DNA of 64,000 nt from an uncultured Fibrobacteria bacterium (GTDB lineage: Bacteria > Fibrobacterota > Fibrobacteria > UBA11236). The notes under the pieces were generated by a model, which saw only the letters and a list, made by a program, of their open reading frames with translations, was not told the origin of the DNA and did not search any database. The stretch is from contig OY970309.1 in the NCBI GenBank assembly GCA_963716395.1, positions 1,504,001-1,568,000 of the forward strand. The letters run 5' to 3'. Shown here in pieces: positions 57,994 through 64,000 of this stretch; position 1 is the stretch's first letter, and each line of letters begins with the position of its first letter. Position numbers and translations under genes: made by a program.

Positions 57994-58047
57994 TCCCATT
58001 CCGGAAAAAGTTTGGATTTCGCGGCGGACCGACGCCTCGCCCTGCGA

Positions 58048-58116
58048 CATCCCTCGACAGGGAACCAAGCTCAGGGCGCGACGGGTGAGCCCGGTTCCCG
58101 AGCCAGTCGAGGAATG
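58048..58116. repeat. Imperfect inverted pair of CCTCGAC..GCTC/GGGAACC REP-like motifs
   Basis: CATCCCTCGACAGGGAACCAAGCTCA versus reverse complement CATTCCTCGACTGGCTCGGGAACCGGGCTCA. Confidence 0.5.
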
Positions 58117-58281
58117 CCGAACCTGTCGCCCCATCCAAGCCGTGGACACGTGTAAAGCCGCTGGGCGGTTGCGGAAAAAAGCTCCCGCGTTTTGGTCGAA
58201 TTCGGCAGTTCTGGAATTGGCCCGAATCTTGTTCTCTCCCTGGGCATGAACTTCATCAAACCCCATCTCAGGAGGAACAAC

Positions 58282-58935
58282 ATGAAAACACAATCGCAAA
58301 CCCCGTCCCCCCCGTCCCACCAGACCCAAACCCGGACCGTCACCGGCTGCTTGGCCGGTATCGTAGCGGCCGCGATGCTTTCGACCTTGCCTACGCGCGC
58401 CGACGGCGTGGCCGCTATCACTTTCGGACTTCCCCACGCCCAGATCACCGTGGCCAGTACCTGGGACGACGACCACCGCCAAATCATGACCGCAGAAACT
58501 CCGGCGGTTGACTACGACGCCGGCCAACCCGTGGTGGTGGAAAGCGAAGCGGTTCCCACGCCGGCCACGGTGGTGTATGTCGATCAACCCTATCGCGTCT
58601 TGCGCGTTGTGCATGGCCGTCGAACCTGGGTGGTCGAACATCGGAGCGTACGGCGCGAGGTGGTATCGCATCCGGCCATGGTCCGCCACGATGAAGGTTG
58701 GCACGGAAACCAGGCGGACTTCGCGCGTGGCGACATCCGCAACCAGGCCCCGGCGCATACAACCGTTCGCGGGCATGCCGCCCCGACCGTGAACCCGCGT
58801 AACCACCAGCAAGCCAGCCATACCGCTTCGGCGGCGACCAACCGGGTCGGCAATTCCACCCCAGGCCATGGCGCCCCGAATCTCTACCCAACCTCGTCGG
58901 GACGCCCCGCCCCGGAGCGCGGCGTGCAACGATAG
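58282..58935 (+). CDS. Hypothetical secreted protein with low-complexity His/Arg-rich tail
   Basis: AGGAGG SD, ATG 58282, signal-peptide-like hydrophobic segment. Confidence 0.7.
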   Translation: MKTQSQTPSPPSHQTQTRTVTGCLAGIVAAAMLSTLPTRADGVAAITFGLPHAQITVASTWDDDHRQIMTAETPAVDYDAGQPVVVESEAVPTPATVVYVDQPYRVLRVVHGRRTWVVEHRSVRREVVSHPAMVRHDEGWHGNQADFARGDIRNQAPAHTTVRGHAAPTVNPRNHQQASHTASAATNRVGNSTPGHGAPNLYPTSSGRPAPERGVQR

Positions 58936-58995
58936 GCGCCAAAGCCCCCGTGACCCGATGGGGCGGGGGCCAAACCTTTCACCGCGGAGAACGCC

Positions 58996-60138
58996 ATGAA
59001 CACGAAACTCGCTTGGTCCTTGCTGCTTGCCGCCACCACCGCCCATGCCGAACTGGTCGCGCGCGGGGAAAACCTCGAGGTCGGCGCCCGCGCGTTGTCG
59101 TTGGGCGGCGCCTTCACCGGTATCGCTGACGATTATTCGGCGCTGTATTACAACCCCGCGGGCATGACGCAACTGCGGCATTCCGAAATGGGGTTGAATC
59201 TCGCATATCAGATGCAGGAGAACGATGCCACGCCCGCCCAGGGCACCACGTCGATGCGCAGCTTGGAATCGACCCGCGTCGGCGATTTGTCCATGGTGCT
59301 GACCCAGGCTCGGGGCTGGGCCGTGGGCCTGGGCTATTACGCACCCACGTCTTTCGACGATCCGTTGCAATATTTCGCGCGCGGCCGCACCTATGCTTAC
59401 CAGGCGCAGGGCGCCCTCGATCATTACCGCGTGGCCGTGGCTTATGCGCCTTCATCCAGGGCCAGCGTGGGCTTCGCGGCCACGGCCTTGTCCGGACGCC
59501 AGCAATTGGAGATTCAGGATGTTACCACCGAACGCTATCTCGACGACTACAGCGGCTTCAACCTCGAACCTTCGTTTCTGCTACAGCTTTCCGATGTGGT
59601 GAGCCTGGGCGGATCGGCGGTGATGATCGAACATTTGGCTTTGCACGACATCTACCAGGAACAGGGGCAGCCGGCCGTCGAAACCGATTACCTGATCCAC
59701 GATCCTTTGCAGACGCGGCTGGGACTGGCGTTCCAATGGAGTCGCACGCAACTCGATATCGATTGGCACGGCGTATTCTGGAGCGCGTATGCCTATGCCC
59801 AGGAAGGCAGCAGCTTTTTCCAGAACGAGCCCGGTTATACCAACCAGAACGTATTCGCCCTCGGAGTCGAGCAGCGCCTGTCCCTGGGCCCGATCCTGCG
59901 CGCGGGTCTATCCTGGGAAGCCGAGGATCCCACCTTTACCGACCCGGAATGGATTCGCCATCCCGCCAGTTTCAACTTTGGCCTGGGTCTTCCTCTGGCC
60001 AGATACCTCGTGTTCGACGCGGGCTATCGCTATCTCACCTCGAAGTATGCGCAAGCCTCGACCGCCGGCGGTCCGGTCGACCTCACCATCGCCGCGACGA
60101 ACCAGCAGGTCATGGGCTCGCTGCGGTTGCGCTGGTAA
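58996..60138 (+). CDS. FadL/OmpP1-like outer-membrane transport protein
   Basis: Signal peptide; GARALSLGGAFTGIADDYSALYYNPAGM; terminal aromatic residue (LRW). Confidence 0.85.
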   Translation: MNTKLAWSLLLAATTAHAELVARGENLEVGARALSLGGAFTGIADDYSALYYNPAGMTQLRHSEMGLNLAYQMQENDATPAQGTTSMRSLESTRVGDLSMVLTQARGWAVGLGYYAPTSFDDPLQYFARGRTYAYQAQGALDHYRVAVAYAPSSRASVGFAATALSGRQQLEIQDVTTERYLDDYSGFNLEPSFLLQLSDVVSLGGSAVMIEHLALHDIYQEQGQPAVETDYLIHDPLQTRLGLAFQWSRTQLDIDWHGVFWSAYAYAQEGSSFFQNEPGYTNQNVFALGVEQRLSLGPILRAGLSWEAEDPTFTDPEWIRHPASFNFGLGLPLARYLVFDAGYRYLTSKYAQASTAGGPVDLTIAATNQQVMGSLRLRW

Positions 60139-60180
60139 AGCGGAAAAACCCGGCCGCCGGATTCATACTATTCCAAGCTC

Positions 60181-62628
60181 ATGGCGCCGATTCCCTGGTC
60201 GCGAAGCTGCGCGGCCGCCGCGTTTCTGGCCGTGGCCCTGGCGGCCCAGACGTTGCCCGACATCCGTGACGCCTACGGCGTGGCCGTGGCCGACTTCGAC
60301 GGCGACGGCTTGCTCGACATTTACGTGGTGGGCTTCCGCACCTTGAACCGCCTGCTCATCAACAACGGTGACGGCACCTTCCACGATCGCTCCATCCCCT
60401 CGGGCGCGGGCGGCAATCTCATGCCCCTCGGCGATCTCAATCTCGAACTGGGCGCGACGGCCGTCGATTACGACAACGACGGCGCCGTGGATTTGCTGAT
60501 CGCGGGCTGGGGCGACGCCCTGGAACTGTTGCACAACCGCGGCGACGGCACCTTCGCCACCGTGACGCGCAAGGCGGGCCTGCGCCGCGACGTCGACGCC
60601 AACATGGCCGTGTTCGCCGATCTCGACCACGACGGATATCCCGACTTGCTGATCACCAACGAACATGGTCCCATGCGGCTGTACCGCAATGATCACGGCA
60701 CCCGCTTCGTTCCGATATCCCTGGAGCAGGCCGGGCTGGTCGCCGACAGCGGGTCGCAGGGCGCGGTGTTCGCCGACTTCGACAACGACGGGAAACTCGA
60801 TTTGGCCGTGACGGGCTGGGTGCATCCGCTGCGGCTGTATGAGCAGGTGGCGCCCTTTCGCTTCCGGGCCCTGCCCCTGCCCATGGAGATTCCGGCGGGC
60901 ACGCGCTGCAACAGCGTGGTGGCCGCCGACATCGACAATGACGGGGATTTGGATCTCATCGTGACCCGTCGCGGCGGACGCAGCTACTTGCTCGAGAACC
61001 AAAGCAATCCGCCGCTTACGGCCTCTTCGCCCGCCGATTGGAAGCCTGATCGCGGCCCGCCGCGTTTCATCGAGGCGGGGAAGAAGTGGGGTCTGCCTGA
61101 TTCGATGGATGCGTATTCGGCCACCTTGGCCGACTTCGACGGTGACGGCGATCTCGATTTGTTCCTCACGGCGCGCGGACAGAACCGCTATTTGGAAAAC
61201 GTCGGCGGCCGTTTCGTCGCAAGGCCGCTGCCCCGCGGCGGTTTGGAAGACACGCATGCGACCTACAGCACGGCCAGCCTGGCCGCCAATTTCGGGCCGG
61301 GAACCGGTCTGGATTTGTTCGTAGCCTCGCGCGACAGCGCCTGCGTATTGCAACCCAGCGGGATGACGCAAAACCCCTATTTACACGTGGTGCTGCACGG
61401 ACTCTATTCCGACCGCAACGCCCTCGGCGCCGCGGTGTCGCTGTGGCGGCGCGCGCCGGGCGACTCGGTGTGGCGCTTCCTGCAGATGCGCGAAGTGCAG
61501 GGCGGCGAAGGGTATCTCAGTTCCTACCTGGGTCCGATTCTGTTCGCCTTACCGTCGGGCCCCGGCGCGCTGCGGGTGCGGGCGGCTTTTCCCAGCGGCA
61601 AGGTGGTGGTGCGCGGCGTAGTATTGGGCCAGAAGACCTTGGAGGTGTGGGAAGGCGGCTTTTACGCGGGCGCCTATGTGCGCGGCCGCCAGATACTCAC
61701 GCGGCTCCTGCATGATCCCCGGCTGGTGCGCCGGCTGCTTGCGATTCTGGCCCTATTGGCCGCGGCCGCGGCGGGATTGCGTTGGCTGGTGCGGGGCATG
61801 GCGCACAACATCGCGCGGCGCCGCTATCTGGTGGAATTGGAATCCAAGAACAACGAGTTGCGGCGTTTGATCGAAGAAGTGCGGCGCACCCAGCAGCAGC
61901 TCATTCAAAGCGAAAAACTGGCGGCGCTGGGACAATTGGTGGCGGGCATCGCGCATGAGCTGAACAATCCCATCGGATTCATCTATGCCAACCTCCATCA
62001 AATCCAGGGCTATCTCGAAACCCTGGCGACGGCGGCGCCGACAGGCGAAGCGCGCGAGGCCTTGCTGCGCAAGGCGCGGGCCGCCTTGGAAGAAAGCCAG
62101 GAAGGGTCCAAACGCGTGCGCGACATCGTGCAGAACCTGCGCGGCATTGCGCGCGCCGAGGCGCCGGGCCGCCCGGGCGCGCTCGATAAGCAGCCGCAAG
62201 ACGTGAACCGGCTGTTGGAGAAAAGTCTGTCCTTGGCGCAAACCACCTTCAGCAAAAATTTGCGCATCGAAAAAAATTACGCCGAACTGCCGGCCGTAGC
62301 CTGCGACGCCACCAAAATCCAGCAGGTGTTCCTGAACATTCTGGTAAATGCCGGGCAGGCCATGGGCGAAAGCGGCACCTTGCGTTTGCGCACCTGGCGC
62401 GACGGCGGCTTCGCCGGGATCTCCCTGGCCGACACCGGCCCCGGCATCGCGCCCGAGCATCAGGCGCGGCTGTTCGAACCGTTCTTCACCACCAAGCCTG
62501 TGGGCCAGGGCTTGGGTCTGGGTCTGCACATCAGCTACGACATCGTACGCGCCCACGGCGGAACCCTGGAAGTCGCAAGCGAACCCGGGCGCGGAGCCGA
62601 GTTCATCGTGCGGCTGCCGGTGGCATGA
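60181..62628 (+). CDS. Sensor histidine kinase with FG-GAP/VCBS beta-propeller and ASPIC/UnbV-like ectodomain
   Basis: Seven DxDxDGxxD-type repeats (last degenerate), one TM, AHELNNP H-box, N/G1/F/G2 boxes. Confidence 0.88.
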   Translation: MAPIPWSRSCAAAAFLAVALAAQTLPDIRDAYGVAVADFDGDGLLDIYVVGFRTLNRLLINNGDGTFHDRSIPSGAGGNLMPLGDLNLELGATAVDYDNDGAVDLLIAGWGDALELLHNRGDGTFATVTRKAGLRRDVDANMAVFADLDHDGYPDLLITNEHGPMRLYRNDHGTRFVPISLEQAGLVADSGSQGAVFADFDNDGKLDLAVTGWVHPLRLYEQVAPFRFRALPLPMEIPAGTRCNSVVAADIDNDGDLDLIVTRRGGRSYLLENQSNPPLTASSPADWKPDRGPPRFIEAGKKWGLPDSMDAYSATLADFDGDGDLDLFLTARGQNRYLENVGGRFVARPLPRGGLEDTHATYSTASLAANFGPGTGLDLFVASRDSACVLQPSGMTQNPYLHVVLHGLYSDRNALGAAVSLWRRAPGDSVWRFLQMREVQGGEGYLSSYLGPILFALPSGPGALRVRAAFPSGKVVVRGVVLGQKTLEVWEGGFYAGAYVRGRQILTRLLHDPRLVRRLLAILALLAAAAAGLRWLVRGMAHNIARRRYLVELESKNNELRRLIEEVRRTQQQLIQSEKLAALGQLVAGIAHELNNPIGFIYANLHQIQGYLETLATAAPTGEAREALLRKARAALEESQEGSKRVRDIVQNLRGIARAEAPGRPGALDKQPQDVNRLLEKSLSLAQTTFSKNLRIEKNYAELPAVACDATKIQQVFLNILVNAGQAMGESGTLRLRTWRDGGFAGISLADTGPGIAPEHQARLFEPFFTTKPVGQGLGLGLHISYDIVRAHGGTLEVASEPGRGAEFIVRLPVA

Positions 62629-62718
62629 TCGGCGGCAGCACTCCGGATTCCGGGGGGAAAAAATGCTATAACGGGGATCGCCGCCGCTACGGAGAGCGGC
62701 GGCGAAACCATCGGAACC

Positions 62719-63555
62719 ATGCCGAACCTGGGCGACTATTTCCGCCATCTGCCGACTTTGGAAACCGAACGCCTGGTGTTGCGCCCGGTGCGGAAAACCG
62801 ATTGGCAGGACATGTGGGAATACGCGCATGATCCGAAAGTCTCCGCGCTGACCACGGGTGAATACCACCACGACCTCGACGCGACGCACGCCTATATCGA
62901 TCGCGTCCTCGATCATTACGCCGCGGGTCAGGTGGAAAACTGGGGATTGGAGTTGAAGGCCACGCACGCCTTCGTCGGCATGGCCGGATTCAGCGACGCC
63001 AGCGCCGAACACCGCGTGGGCGAAATCGGCTATGTGCTGTCGTCGCGCCACTGGAATCAGGGGCTTACCACCGAAGCCATTCGCGCCGTACTGGATCAGG
63101 GGTTTTCGGCGTTGGGTCTGGAAAAAATTTTCGCCCGCTTCCTTTCCGAAAACATCGCCTCGCGCCGGATTCTGGAAAAACTGGGCTTTCGCAAAGAAGC
63201 CCATCTGCGCAGCCAATTCGTCAAAGACGGCCTCGCGCGCGACGTCGAGATCTACGGCATGTTGAAAGACGAAATGCCCGGCCGGGGCACGTTGTTGATG
63301 GAATTGCTGGCGATGCTGGGCGCCGACGAACTCGAAGTCTTTCACGAAGTCTTGCAGGGGCTTATCGACCGCGGCGGCCGCATCGAATCCGTTTCCGCCG
63401 CTGCGCTGGCCAAGTCGGGCAAACCGGGTTTGGCGAACAACCTGCTGATTCGCAAGCTATCCAAGCGGGGCGTGTTGCAACCCGTCAAGGGCCGGCGCGG
63501 CTGTTATGCCCTGACGCCCGCCTGGAGCGATTTGGCGAAAACCGCGGCGGAGTGA
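62719..63555 (+). CDS. RimJ/RimL-type GNAT acetyltransferase with C-terminal winged-HTH extension
   Basis: LETERLVLRP, EIGYVL..HWNQGLTTEA, NIASRRILEKLGF, plus about 80 extra residues. Confidence 0.85.
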   Translation: MPNLGDYFRHLPTLETERLVLRPVRKTDWQDMWEYAHDPKVSALTTGEYHHDLDATHAYIDRVLDHYAAGQVENWGLELKATHAFVGMAGFSDASAEHRVGEIGYVLSSRHWNQGLTTEAIRAVLDQGFSALGLEKIFARFLSENIASRRILEKLGFRKEAHLRSQFVKDGLARDVEIYGMLKDEMPGRGTLLMELLAMLGADELEVFHEVLQGLIDRGGRIESVSAAALAKSGKPGLANNLLIRKLSKRGVLQPVKGRRGCYALTPAWSDLAKTAAE

Positions 63556-63670
63556 ATCGCAGCCTTAAAAGTCCCTGCTGCAGGGCTGGCCGTAAACATC
63601 CATGCCGCCTTCGTTCGCGGGAAAGCCGGCTGCGGCTTGGGATTTCGCAGCTTGTTCGGCCGCGAAATTG

Positions 63671-63690
63671 ATGTTAGTTTAAACTAACAT
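63671..63690. promoter_or_regulatory. Perfect 20-bp palindrome, putative TetR auto-operator
   Basis: ATGTTAGTTTAAACTAACAT overlapping the -10-like TAGTTT and the TetR start codon. Confidence 0.75.
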
Positions 63691-64000
63691 GAAATTGCGT
63701 CGGGCTTACGTGCTGCGATCCCGTGCGGTGTCGGCGCAAACCACCCGCCGATCCATCCTGGAGGCGGGGGTGTCGGAACTGCGGGCCCGGCGCGTCTCCG
63801 ATGTTCGCCTCGAAGACATCGCCGCCCGCGCCGGGGTTACCGTGCAGACCATCCTGCGGATCTTCGGAACGAAAGCGCGGCTGGTCGAGACCGTCTGGGA
63901 CAGGGAAAGGGATCGCATCCTCGCTCAGCGCCATACGGCCGCGCCCGGAGATCTCCCCGGTTCCATCCGGGCGCTTTTCGATCACTACGAGGAGATGGGC
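63689..64000 (+). CDS. TetR/AcrR-family regulator, truncated by window end (absent from ORF track)
   Basis: Manual translation MKLRRAYVLRSRAVSAQTTRRSIL...LEDIAARAGVTVQTILRIFGTKARL. Confidence 0.88.
   Translation, partial: MKLRRAYVLRSRAVSAQTTRRSILEAGVSELRARRVSDVRLEDIAARAGVTVQTILRIFGTKARLVETVWDRERDRILAQRHTAAPGDLPGSIRALFDHYEEMG

Overview
GC-rich bacterial chromosomal segment. The lineage is inferred, not proven: the short 'MRINHNISAMITQ' flagellins, LptD-like OMP, TonB receptor plus lipoprotein pair and a 'YRLNGRK'-type C-terminal tail suggest Fibrobacterota or another FCB-group diderm. Housekeeping genes make up most of the window: lptD-like, maf, rodZ-like, hisB, bioA, pabAB fusion, argH/argD/argG, accD, folC, rpsT, ispD/ispF, rlmD-like, hrpB and motAB. 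It also holds a bacillithiol operon with a coupled methyltransferase (putative N-methyl-bacillithiol pathway), a Phd/PIN toxin-antitoxin pair, a MarR-TonB uptake locus, and three tandem flagellins, each with a sigma28-like promoter and CsrA-type sites. The most unusual element is a REP-associated tyrosine transposase (RAYT) carrying four long hairpins, two just downstream and two in-frame inside the gene. These share only a GGC-ACAAG-GCC core, have unrelated arms, and sit beside a G/T-skewed hexamer array. Other notable items are a 168-bp MITE with a TTA duplication at the argH stop, an FG-GAP/ASPIC beta-propeller histidine kinase, a GNAT-wHTH fusion, a secreted pYEATS protein, an untracked 51-aa ORF coupled to bioA, and many apparently leaderless genes. 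No rRNA, tRNA or CRISPR array was recognised.
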